Assembly (NCBI GenBank): GCA_045046875.1
Contig: JASFYY010000106.1
Coordinates: 1-33,274 of the forward strand
DNA length: 33,274 nucleotides
Reading direction: 5' to 3'
Origin: Verrucomicrobiota bacterium
GTDB lineage: Bacteria > Verrucomicrobiota > Verrucomicrobiia > Verrucomicrobiales > DEV007
The number at the start of each line of letters is the position of its first letter. Position 1 is the stretch's first letter. The translations under genes were made by a program, and so were the position numbers. Below the pieces are notes generated by a model. That model worked only from the letters and a program-made list of their open reading frames with translations, was not told the DNA's origin and did no database searches. Below are positions 19,766-27,952 of this stretch, in pieces.

Positions 19766-22054
19766 TCAGCCAGCCAACTCAAAGTTGATGAACTGCCTTT
19801 CGTGATCGATGTCCCGCAGGCGCACCCGAATCGTATCGCCGGCTTTGATCAGAAAGTCCGACCCGCTGGCCGTGACCTCTTTCAAAGAGCTGTCGATAAA
19901 GTAGCGCTCCCCTCGCGGCAGGTCATCCTTGCGGATCAAACCTTTGATATTCAAATCTATAAGTTCGACAAATAAACCCAGCGGTTTGATGTCATAAACC
20001 ACCGCCTCGAAAGTTTTATCCGGCTGCTCCTTCGCCACCCAGGAAATATATTCCATCAATTTCAGACGGCGGGTTTCCTGCTCGGCGGCAGCAGCGGTGC
20101 GCTCGGTTTCGGAAATGTGTTTAGCAATTTCCGTCAGCCGGGCGATCTTAGGCACTTTGACTTTATCCGTTTGTGTTCCGCGTTGGCTCAGTTTTCTTAA
20201 CACCCGGTGAACCACCAGATCTGCGTAGCGTCGAATCGGACTGGTGAAATGGGTGTAGTTGTTTTTTGAAAGTCCGTAGTGACCCAAAGATTCCACACTG
20301 TATGCGGCTCTTTTTAAACTTTTGAGCAAGGCGATTTTCAAGGTGTGCTCCTCGGGTTTTCCTTTAATCGATCGCAACAGGTTTTGCAACAAATCCCGGT
20401 TAGTGAGATCGCCCGCTTTGTATCCGTAAGCACGAGCGAGATCACGAAATTCCAACAACTTCTCCGGATCGGCATCTTCGTGTATCCGGTAGAGACTAGG
20501 AGCCATTTTACTCTTAGTTGCTTTAGCCACCGCTTCATTGGCTACCAGCATGCACTCCTCGATCAGCTGATGCGACTCATCATAAAATACTTTTACAATG
20601 TCCCGCGCCCGCCCCTTGTCATCCAGGATCACCTTCACCTCGGTGAAGTCCATGTCCAAGGCTCCTTGCTGAAAACGACGTGTGCGCAATTGTTCCGCCA
20701 GGCGCCAGGCTTCATGTAATTGACGGGTGATCGCAGCTTCCGCTGCAGGCAAAGCTTTGATATCATCGGGCGACATTTTCAACGACTTCAATGCCTCTTC
20801 GTAGGTGTAACGTCTTTTGCTATGAATCACCGCCGAAGTGAATCGTTCCGACACCGCCTTGCCATGTTGATTAAATCGAATGATCACCGCCTGCGTCAAA
20901 CGATCCACATCCGGGCGCAAACTGCAAATTCCATTGCTTAGCTTTTCGGGCAACATCGGCACCACCCGATCCGCCAGATACACACTGTTGCCACGCGCAA
21001 TCGCTTCTTTGTCCATCGCTGTGCCCGGCTCGACATAATGCGAAACATCGGCAATGTGTACCGCCAACTCCCAGCCCCCGGCCGCTTTGCCGTGTTTGGG
21101 ATCATCATCGATACGCGAAACATGGATCGCATCATCAAAGTCCTTGGCATCACTCGGATCAATCGTAAAAACATCACGATCGCGCCAGTCCTCGCGTCGC
21201 TCTATTTCAGCCTGCGGGATTTTTTCACTGATCTTCTCGGCTTCAGCCTGCACCGCAGCCGGGAATTCCAACGGAAGCTGAAATTTTCTGATAACCGACA
21301 TGATGTCTACACCAGGATCATCCACCTCGCCGAGAATCTCAACCATGCGCGCGCACGGGTAACGTTTAGAGCTATCCCACTCGACAAACTCCGCCACCAC
21401 CTTCAATCCCTCTTTGGCTCCAGGCAGCACCTCGATCAAGTCAATGGTGCGTGGCAAAGCCGGATCGTCAGGTCTCAAGCTAGCGTATTTCCCCTGTTGT
21501 TGAAAAACTCCCACAAAATGAGAACTCGGACGCTCAAGAATTTCCTCCACCCGCGCCACCACTCGTGTTGACGATCGACGTGATCTGGCGGGTTTGCCTT
21601 TTTGTCCTCGACCCCGGCTTTGTTTTTTATCCCGTTCAGGTGGTCGATCCATGATCAAAGACACCCTGACTCGATCCCGGTTCAGGGTCTGGCCCGTATA
21701 ACGTCCTGGCACAAGAATGCGGTCGTCGCGCAAGGCATTTTGGATTTCTTCTGGTATCGAACTGTCGGCATCGGCAATGAAATGCGCACGCAATTCTTCA
21801 TCACGTCGACGAAAGAAGATGGATCCCGTCGCCGGCACGCCGCTCGCTTTTCTGTTCTTCGGCCGCAGGGCATAACGCCCGCGCCTGAGGCGAATGATAA
21901 GGCCCTGTTTGAGCATTTCAGCCAAAGCTTGACGCAAAGGTTCACGCTGACGCGGAGGAATTTGTAACTTCCGCGCGAATTCGTTTTTATTAAGGGGTTG
22001 ATAGTCTGGCTCGCGAATCACTGATTCGATGGCCTGTTGTAATGATTTTGACAT
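19766..22054 (-). CDS. rnr: Ribonuclease R (RNB domain, C-terminal S1)
   Basis: FTIDPSDAKDFDDA, VHIADVSHYV, YTHFTSPIRRYADLVVHR. Start at MSKSLQ (22054). Confidence 0.93.
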   Translation of the reverse strand: MSKSLQQAIESVIREPDYQPLNKNEFARKLQIPPRQREPLRQALAEMLKQGLIIRLRRGRYALRPKNRKASGVPATGSIFFRRRDEELRAHFIADADSSIPEEIQNALRDDRILVPGRYTGQTLNRDRVRVSLIMDRPPERDKKQSRGRGQKGKPARSRRSSTRVVARVEEILERPSSHFVGVFQQQGKYASLRPDDPALPRTIDLIEVLPGAKEGLKVVAEFVEWDSSKRYPCARMVEILGEVDDPGVDIMSVIRKFQLPLEFPAAVQAEAEKISEKIPQAEIERREDWRDRDVFTIDPSDAKDFDDAIHVSRIDDDPKHGKAAGGWELAVHIADVSHYVEPGTAMDKEAIARGNSVYLADRVVPMLPEKLSNGICSLRPDVDRLTQAVIIRFNQHGKAVSERFTSAVIHSKRRYTYEEALKSLKMSPDDIKALPAAEAAITRQLHEAWRLAEQLRTRRFQQGALDMDFTEVKVILDDKGRARDIVKVFYDESHQLIEECMLVANEAVAKATKSKMAPSLYRIHEDADPEKLLEFRDLARAYGYKAGDLTNRDLLQNLLRSIKGKPEEHTLKIALLKSLKRAAYSVESLGHYGLSKNNYTHFTSPIRRYADLVVHRVLRKLSQRGTQTDKVKVPKIARLTEIAKHISETERTAAAAEQETRRLKLMEYISWVAKEQPDKTFEAVVYDIKPLGLFVELIDLNIKGLIRKDDLPRGERYFIDSSLKEVTASGSDFLIKAGDTIRVRLRDIDHERQFINFELAG

Positions 22055-22168
22055 AAAATATTTGATGTGTTGTGAATGCCCCCTGCTCCAAATACCTAAA
22101 ATTCGGGGCATTTATTGAAAAAATGCTCTGCTTTATAACAAAAGGGAGCGAAAGGGGGCGAAAATGAT

Positions 22169-22190
22169 TGACATTGTTATTACAATGTCA
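22169..22190. promoter_or_regulatory. Palindromic operator candidate overlapping a TTGACA hexamer in the divergent rnr/prepilin intergenic region
   Basis: TGACATTGT-tatt-ACAATGTCA is a perfect 9-bp inverted repeat; TTGACA lies at 22168-22173. Confidence 0.5.
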
Positions 22191-22294
22191 TTGCATATGA
22201 CTAGAACATCTGCTGAAATCGATGGAATATATTCGTCTCCGCAGCGTAATGAGGCTTGCCTCACGGCACCTTAACACCTCAAATTCAAAAAGCT

Positions 22295-22879
22295 ATGAAA
22301 GTTTACTCAATACCTCAACATAAATCCCCGCGCGGTTTCACCCTGATGGAGCTGCTTGTAGTCATCACCATTATCGGCATCCTGGCTACCATGGCATTCC
22401 CTGGCGCTAAAGGCGTGCTCGACCGGGCACGTAAAGCCAGCACAGAAAACATGGCCTTGCAGGTGCGTTCATCCATTTCAGCCTATTACACTGAATACCG
22501 TCGCTACCCTCTGCCTAAAGGATCCTCCGGGGGAGAAACCACCGTACGCACGGATAATACCTTGATGGATATTCTGCTCGGCGCCAGCGGTAACAAATAC
22601 AACCCGCGCGGCATCACTTTTTTTGCTGGTAAAAAAGCCAAAGGCGGCAAAGGCGGCCTGATCATGAGTGGCAGTGGAGGAGGCAGACTGGTCGACCCAT
22701 GGGGACAGCTGTTTTACGTTATCATGGACACTGACTACAACAACCGCGTCATTGCCCCCTTTGCCAAAGCAGGAGATTCCTCAGGCAGCAATGAGATCCC
22801 CCAAAACGTGATTGTTTGGAGCACAGGGCCTGATGGACCGGATTCTGACACCGTGAAGGATAATATCACCACTTGGTAG
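22295..22879 (+). CDS. Prepilin-type N-terminal cleavage/methylation domain protein (type II secretion pseudopilin / type IV pilin-like)
   Basis: Class III signal RG|FTLMELLVVITIIGILA; DPWG; GspG-like C-terminus WSTGPDG...DNITTW. Start at MKVYS (22295). Confidence 0.9.
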   Translation: MKVYSIPQHKSPRGFTLMELLVVITIIGILATMAFPGAKGVLDRARKASTENMALQVRSSISAYYTEYRRYPLPKGSSGGETTVRTDNTLMDILLGASGNKYNPRGITFFAGKKAKGGKGGLIMSGSGGGRLVDPWGQLFYVIMDTDYNNRVIAPFAKAGDSSGSNEIPQNVIVWSTGPDGPDSDTVKDNITTW

Positions 22880-22890
22880 TAGGGGCTCTT

Positions 22891-23778
22891 TCAGAGCCAG
22901 CCTAGGCTTTCTAAAAAACGGGTTACTTTTTTTAAAGTGTCCTTGTGATCCTTACGGCTTCCGGGGCCGTAGTAAAATTCGTGCCCCCGGGCAGAATAGG
23001 TGTGATAAGTGATCTTCCCGGAATCGAGTGATTTGGCTTTTTCTACAAAAGCAGTAACTGACTGCGCAGGCACTACGGGGTCCGCCAAACCCTGAAAAAT
23101 CACCGTCGGTGGCAAAGCCCGCGAAAGCTGCTGATAAGGTGATATCTTCAGCAAACGAATCATTTCATCTTCGCTGACTCGCTTGCGAATTTGCGGGATA
23201 TCCATATCCACAACCGGATTGAACAAAATCAAGGCCGCGGGTCTGGCGCTGATGGCTACAGCATCCGTTGCCTCATTCGCGTCGCTGAATACCTCACAGG
23301 CAAGCGCTAAATGACCACCGGAAGACCCTCCTGCTGCTGCGATTTTGTCTTCATCAATGCCCAGTTCATCCGCATGAGTTTTCAACCACCGCATCGCCGA
23401 ACGCGCATCCTCGACACTTTCAAAAGGACTGCTGCCATGTCGACTCTCCACGCGATAATCGGCCACTATCGATACCAGCCCTCGTTTGGCGAAATATTTT
23501 GACTGCGAGACGAACTGTTGCGGACTGCCCACTTTCCATCCACCTCCGTAAAATCACAGCACACAAGGACGAGCGTCACTGGGCTTCCAGCCCTTGGGTT
23601 TATAAATCCATAGTGCCAATTCCACTCCATCAATCAATTTATAGACCTGCCTCTCTGCCCCGCTCCTCGCTGATCGCCCCAGCATGACAGACAAAAGCCC
23701 CGCCAAAACCCCGCCGATCAAGACCACGAAAAACAAACCTTTGAGCAAATCCTTCAAGTTTCTTTTTTTTGTTTTCAT
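22891..23778 (-). pseudogene. Alpha/beta hydrolase (esterase/lipase-like) interrupted by one in-frame TGA at 23554-23556
   Basis: The ORFs 23554..23820 and 22891..23532 share a frame: ...YKPKGWKPSDARPCVL*FYGGGWKVGS... Nucleophile GGSSGG, Asp in GLADPVV, His in RGHEF, N-terminal membrane anchor. Confidence 0.85.
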
Positions 23779-23826
23779 GCCAAAATTGACGCCGCGCCTC
23801 AATTTCATTATGGTCAGCACATTTCT

Positions 23827-24366
23827 ATGAGCAGTGTATCACCAAAAGGCACTCGTCCACAATGCAAAGCATCTAACAACCCGCTGGCTTCACGGCTCTG
23901 GATTGCAACGCTGGGTCTGTCGCTCTGCCTGATGGGGCTCGCAGGTGGCACCTACCTGTGGCTATCGTTCCAAAAAGCGCGCAAAACAGATCAATGGGTT
24001 GAACAAGGCGCCACCGTCATCGTGTCCATGATCGACAACAGCGCTCGCACCCAACACAATGATGTGAAATACCTGCTCGAAGTTCACTACCGCTACCATT
24101 TCGAGGGAGAAAAATACCTGTCCTCCAGAGTCAAAATTCTCCCGGTTGCCAGTCGTGACAAAAAAAAGATCCGTAAGTGGCAACAGCGCTATCCGGTTGG
24201 CAAACAAGTGACTTGTTACATCGATCCGAAAAACCCATCGCGTGCGGTCTTGATCAAACCCACCAAAGCCGCAATTTACTCCATTTGGTTTCCCTCTCTA
24301 CTGATAGTATTTGGGCTCAAAATGATCTGGGGTATCTTCTCAACAAAAGCCGAAGAGCAACGTTGA
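23827..24366 (+). CDS. DUF3592-like membrane protein
   Basis: Two terminal TM helices around W...ATVI...YRYHFEGEKY and YPVGKQVTCYIDPKNPSRAVL. Confidence 0.75.
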   Translation: MSSVSPKGTRPQCKASNNPLASRLWIATLGLSLCLMGLAGGTYLWLSFQKARKTDQWVEQGATVIVSMIDNSARTQHNDVKYLLEVHYRYHFEGEKYLSSRVKILPVASRDKKKIRKWQQRYPVGKQVTCYIDPKNPSRAVLIKPTKAAIYSIWFPSLLIVFGLKMIWGIFSTKAEEQR

Positions 24367-24395
24367 CCTTCCTCCACAAACAGCCAAGCTACCCT

Positions 24396-24914
24396 ATGGC
24401 ATCGACCCTATTTGAAACCGTTAAAAAAACATTCGCTGATCAAGACTGGGCTTTCACCGAAGTCGAGGATCGCGAAGTTATCCTTGCCGGATTTGAAGGC
24501 CAGCACCTGAAGATCAATATTCATGTGCAGGTCTTTGATGAAATCGGCGGCATCAGTGTGGTATCCGAATCCGAAAGACCCACCTACTCCGCCGCCTTGC
24601 GTGAACGCCTGGCCGAACTCATCCTGCGCACCAACCAAACCCTCACCATCGGCAACTTTGAAATGTTCTGGGATGAAGGACGCATCGTTTTTCGCGCCAG
24701 CAACCTCTTTCCCGAAGGTGTAGGCGACGACAGCATCATCGCTGGCATGGTTCATTCCACCATCAGTGAGATGGATCGACTGGCCCCCATGCTGGAGGTT
24801 CTCTTCGATGCCGAAAAATGCACCGACGGCGAACTCGCCGCGCTCAACATCCCCCTGCTGATGGAAACTGACGAACAAACATTGCCCGCCGCGCCACAGA
24901 AGGAAAATGAATGA
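24396..24914 (+). CDS. YbjN-domain (T3SS-chaperone-like fold) protein
   Basis: LAELILRTNQTLTIGNFEM...EGRIVFR pattern. Start at MASTLF (24396), after the upstream stop. Confidence 0.7.
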   Translation: MASTLFETVKKTFADQDWAFTEVEDREVILAGFEGQHLKINIHVQVFDEIGGISVVSESERPTYSAALRERLAELILRTNQTLTIGNFEMFWDEGRIVFRASNLFPEGVGDDSIIAGMVHSTISEMDRLAPMLEVLFDAEKCTDGELAALNIPLLMETDEQTLPAAPQKENE

Positions 24915-25941
24915 GTATTACCATGTCTTCAAGCATGGGCAAAAACGCGGCCCCTTTTCTCTCGACGACCTGCTCAACGAAATCGAAAGCGGACGTCTCG
25001 ACTATGAGGATTTCTGCCTGCGCATCGGAGCATCGACCTGTGAAAAAATACGCCAAACCCTCGATTGGGAAGACTCCCACCTACTAACAAACTCCTTGGC
25101 TGATGAAGTTGATTCACCGAGTGCAACCAATGCTTCCAACGGCGGGGAAACCCTCGCAGATTCTGACGAATTCGAATCCGAAAAGCACCGCCTAAGTCTC
25201 GACGACGACGAACAGGATCCAAGCGAGCTCGATGACAACCCTGACTGTAACGAAGAGCCCCATCCCGACTCCATAGAAGGTGATGACATTGATCCTGAAG
25301 CTTTCCAATTTGCATACGATGAGGACGACCGAAGCGTAGATGAGCCTATCGATGACAGCAAAACTCCTCTCAGCGATTACCCTGAAGAAACCTACTCCGA
25401 CGACGATGATAACGAGCACCGTTTTGAACCTGACTCGCAACAAGGTTATGACGAGGATTTCTTGTCAGATGAAGACGATGATGAGCCACGAGACGGCCCT
25501 CCAGAGGATTCCACCGCCATCCTTTATTCGGGTCGACCTTCTTTACTAAGCTACCCCTACAGCTTACTCCTCATAGCTCTCAGCCTGTTTGCCGGCATCT
25601 GGTTGCGCCATCAATTTGACTGGGTTCTGTTTGCCGGCCTCTCGCTGGCTTTGATTGTATTTATTCAACTTCAATTCCGCCGCTCACGGTATCAATATTA
25701 TATCACGCCCAGACAAGTGGAAGTGATCCATGGACTTATTCTGGAAAGCTCCCGGGAAATCTGTATCGAAGACATCGGCGCTATTTATATCCGCCAGCGA
25801 GGGCTACAAGGTCTGCTCGGTTTGGCTACTATCCAATTTGCTGCCGCAGAATCCCCCATGCCGATTCTTGTGTTTCACAATATCCGCCGCGCCCGACGAA
25901 TCAAAGACCTCATCCGTCGACTACAAGATGCATTGGAGTAG
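24907..25941 (+). CDS. Membrane protein with an N-terminal GYF_2-like domain, a long acidic linker and a C-terminal bacterial PH (bPH_2-like) domain
   Basis: YYHVFKHGQKRGPFSLDDL...SGRL; D/E-rich middle; two TM helices; YYITPRQVEVIHGLI...IYIRQRGLQGLLGLATI. Confidence 0.7.
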   Translation: MNEYYHVFKHGQKRGPFSLDDLLNEIESGRLDYEDFCLRIGASTCEKIRQTLDWEDSHLLTNSLADEVDSPSATNASNGGETLADSDEFESEKHRLSLDDDEQDPSELDDNPDCNEEPHPDSIEGDDIDPEAFQFAYDEDDRSVDEPIDDSKTPLSDYPEETYSDDDDNEHRFEPDSQQGYDEDFLSDEDDDEPRDGPPEDSTAILYSGRPSLLSYPYSLLLIALSLFAGIWLRHQFDWVLFAGLSLALIVFIQLQFRRSRYQYYITPRQVEVIHGLILESSREICIEDIGAIYIRQRGLQGLLGLATIQFAAAESPMPILVFHNIRRARRIKDLIRRLQDALE

Positions 25942-25944
25942 CCA

Positions 25945-26403
25945 TCAACCCGCTCCACTCAAGGTGATCTGAGCTTTGGCCACCACTGCTCCCTCACTCC
26001 CTTCCGAATTGAGCAAGCACACCTGCCCCTCAGCCTGAATCAGTCCCCCCATCCTCGCAGTGATCTCAACCCTGATCATCAACTGATCACCTGGTCGTGC
26101 CGCGGAAAAAATCTTTGCCTGCCTCACCGCCGCCAGACGCAAATTAATAGCCGCCGCAAAATCCCCCTGCTGAGCCGCTACTCCCGCCAGTTGAGCAATA
26201 GCTTCCACCAAAATCACCCCAGGCATCATCGGATCCCCCGGAAAATGGGCCGCAAGAAAACTCTCCGTGCCTTTGATCAAATAAAGCGCCCGCGCCGACG
26301 CACCCGGCTGCCATTCGATCAACTCATCCACAAAACGGAATGCCTCGCCATGAGGCAAGGATTCCAAGGCCTTTGTTAAGTCCACACTCATCGCTGATAA
26401 CAT
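25945..26403 (-). CDS. FabZ/FabA-like 3-hydroxyacyl-ACP dehydratase (hot-dog fold)
   Basis: LPHGEAFRFVD and AHFPGDPMMPGVILVEAIAQ (catalytic His/Glu), PGD. Confidence 0.85.
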   Translation of the reverse strand: MLSAMSVDLTKALESLPHGEAFRFVDELIEWQPGASARALYLIKGTESFLAAHFPGDPMMPGVILVEAIAQLAGVAAQQGDFAAAINLRLAAVRQAKIFSAARPGDQLMIRVEITARMGGLIQAEGQVCLLNSEGSEGAVVAKAQITLSGAG

Positions 26404-26553
26404 TTTCTAAAATTAGATCACTGCTGGATCACCACTGTAATCTACCCTGCTACCAATAACAGCCCACCCGTAAACAAACAACACCAGCGACTTACGAACA
26501 TTCTCATCCGCGGATAGATGACATACTTTCACTCCAACAAAAAGACCAAACAC

Positions 26554-26680
26554 AAAAAAACCGACGCCCCGGATAAATCCGAGACGCCGGCGGTATCACA
26601 CCCCTTTCACTAGGTCAGGGGCTGTCTGGTCTTGCTTTCACTGATTCTCCCGAGCAGCTCAAGCAGTTTCCAGGTGAATT
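26554..26680 (-). ncRNA. Structured repeat unit C (93-nt core 26588-26680 plus intrinsic terminator 26554-26590), family unassigned
   Basis: Homologous to units A and B. Terminator CCGGCGTCTCGGA-ttta-TCCGGGGCGTCGG-TTTTTTT; its G-U wobbles only work on the minus strand. Confidence 0.6.
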
Positions 26681-26748
26681 TTTATCGTCCTTGTTTTTTA
26701 TAACGAAATTTTTCTTGTAATCCCTGTTGAATTTTTATTACTTTGTTA

Positions 26749-26911
26749 GAAAAGAAACCGATGATCTTGAAGATCGTCTGTTAGGAACTTTTTTTCATAA
26801 AGAAAAACTCCAAGACATCGGCGGTATCACACCCTATCCACTAGGTCAAGGGCTGGCGGAACTTGCCTTCACTGATTCTCCCAAACAGCTCAGGGCGGTC
26901 CCAGGTGAATT
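26749..26911 (-). ncRNA. Structured repeat unit B (93-nt core 26819-26911 plus terminator 26749-26821), family unassigned
   Basis: Hand count 77/93 identical to unit C. Terminator arms CCGATGTCTTG / CAAGATCATCGG followed by TTTCTTTTC. Confidence 0.55.
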
Positions 26912-26953
26912 GTTTTACATAAGTTGTTATTGTTAAAGTTAGTTACGTTTTTC

Positions 26954-27114
26954 AAAAAGGAGCCGACGCCTTGAAATTCTCCCTTCGGGTATTTTATATT
27001 ATTAAAATATCCCAAGGCGTCGGCAGTATCACACCCCCTTCACAAGGTCGGGGGCTATCTGGTCACTGCTTTCACTGATTCTCCCGGTCAGGTTAAGCAG
27101 TTTCCAGGTGAATT
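26954..27114 (-). ncRNA. Structured repeat unit A (94-nt core 27021-27114 plus terminator 26954-27024), overlapping the 3' end of the 152-aa ORF
   Basis: Hand count 10 mismatches plus 1 indel versus unit C. Perfect 12-bp arms GCCGACGCCTTG / CAAGGCGTCGGC followed by TCCTTTTT. Confidence 0.55.
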
Positions 27115-27487
27115 GATTGCCATACTTACCGTATTGGCTTAAAAATTCTCGCGCAGGTAAACCTGCATTTGTCACAACTTCTAAAATTTCCGTAGAGGTC
27201 ACCGGCACTTCGATCAACTCTCGCCCCGGTAAACTGGAGGCACTGACCGCAAAAGCCAAAGTAAACATCAAACAGTGGCTCATCGCCAAATCCCTCTTAC
27301 TCATGCCTTCGAAATCTGATGCTTCCTCACCGAATTGACCCTTCGCCCAAGACAGATCGGCCGCACTTTGCTCATAGATCAGACGCAAATCCTCGGGGTA
27401 AGTCGAGATAGTCGCTTCCAACCTGGCCAGCATGGACTCGAGCGTATTCTGGTTTTGAGTAGAGATTTCTAGTGCGGCAGCAGTCAT
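27029..27487 (-). CDS. Hypothetical protein (152 aa); the last ~28 codons lie inside repeat unit A
   Basis: ATG ORF preceded by an AT-rich leader and co-oriented with the 95-aa ORF. No motif recognised. Confidence 0.55.
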   Translation of the reverse strand: MTAAALEISTQNQNTLESMLARLEATISTYPEDLRLIYEQSAADLSWAKGQFGEEASDFEGMSKRDLAMSHCLMFTLAFAVSASSLPGRELIEVPVTSTEILEVVTNAGLPAREFLSQYGKYGNQFTWKLLNLTGRISESSDQIAPDLVKGV

Positions 27488-27528
27488 TTCAGTCAGAGGT
27501 TAAAATTTATCGAATAGTAAAAAATTTG

Positions 27529-27816
27529 TTATTGGGAATTGGGTAGATGCACCACCGAAATCACCGGCAGTTGCAAATCATAAAGTGTGTTTAAAACTCC
27601 AGACAAGGCGGCTTGATCCGCCAGAGATCCGGTGAGGACCGTCATCGCCGTCTCCACTGTGGTTTCGAGCTGCATCCCTCCCAATTTTTCAGACCAACTG
27701 TTGTCGAGATTTCCTCGCACTCGAATCTGATAAACGGCAGGACCCGCCATGGTCAAACCGGGAAACTTCTCAGGCTTCTCCAATTCTGGGATTTTCATAA
27801 TGTTGCTCTCTGTCAT
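27529..27816 (-). CDS. Small conserved hypothetical protein (YxIRVRGxL...W...DQAALxGVL type)
   Basis: YQIRVRGNLDNSWS and TVLTGSLADQAALSGVLNTLYDLQLPVISV match a recurrent uncharacterised family, recalled from memory. Confidence 0.75.
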   Translation of the reverse strand: MTESNIMKIPELEKPEKFPGLTMAGPAVYQIRVRGNLDNSWSEKLGGMQLETTVETAMTVLTGSLADQAALSGVLNTLYDLQLPVISVVHLPNSQ

Positions 27817-27952
27817 GGTGTTACTACAATGACCCTCTTTTCAGGGGTACACATCAGCCCAAAGGGTACAAAGTGGGGTGTAGATGAAAAAAAAAGGCTG
27901 CGCAATTCTTGCTCTTTTTGCGCTCAAATCCCCACCCGACAAGGATTTAAGT

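Noticed and set aside
23554..23556. TGA recoding (alternative genetic code or selenocysteine)
   Set aside because: Many genes here end in TGA, some with ATGA overlaps, and Trp is otherwise TGG. The position is not a catalytic Cys site.
26727..26936. 69-aa plus-strand ORF across repeat unit B
   Set aside because: TTG start, no equivalent ORF listed over the other two copies, and it is antisense to the terminator orientation.
26554..27114. CRISPR array
   Set aside because: Repeats are ~93 nt and divergent, intervals are unequal and contain terminators, and there are no cas genes in the window.
26588..27114. Diversity-generating retroelement VR/TR pair (a repeat at a gene's 3' end plus downstream copies)
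   Set aside because: Differences are not confined to adenines, there is an indel, and no reverse transcriptase gene is in the window.
26588..27114. Known riboswitch (T-box, FMN, glycine, cobalamin, c-di-GMP-I, TPP)
   Set aside because: Only short look-alike words are present (GGGAGAA, AGCCC, AGGGUG..UACCGC). Diagnostic cores such as the T-box UGGN bulge or glycine CUCUCAGG are absent or out of order. A cmscan run is still needed to exclude these formally.
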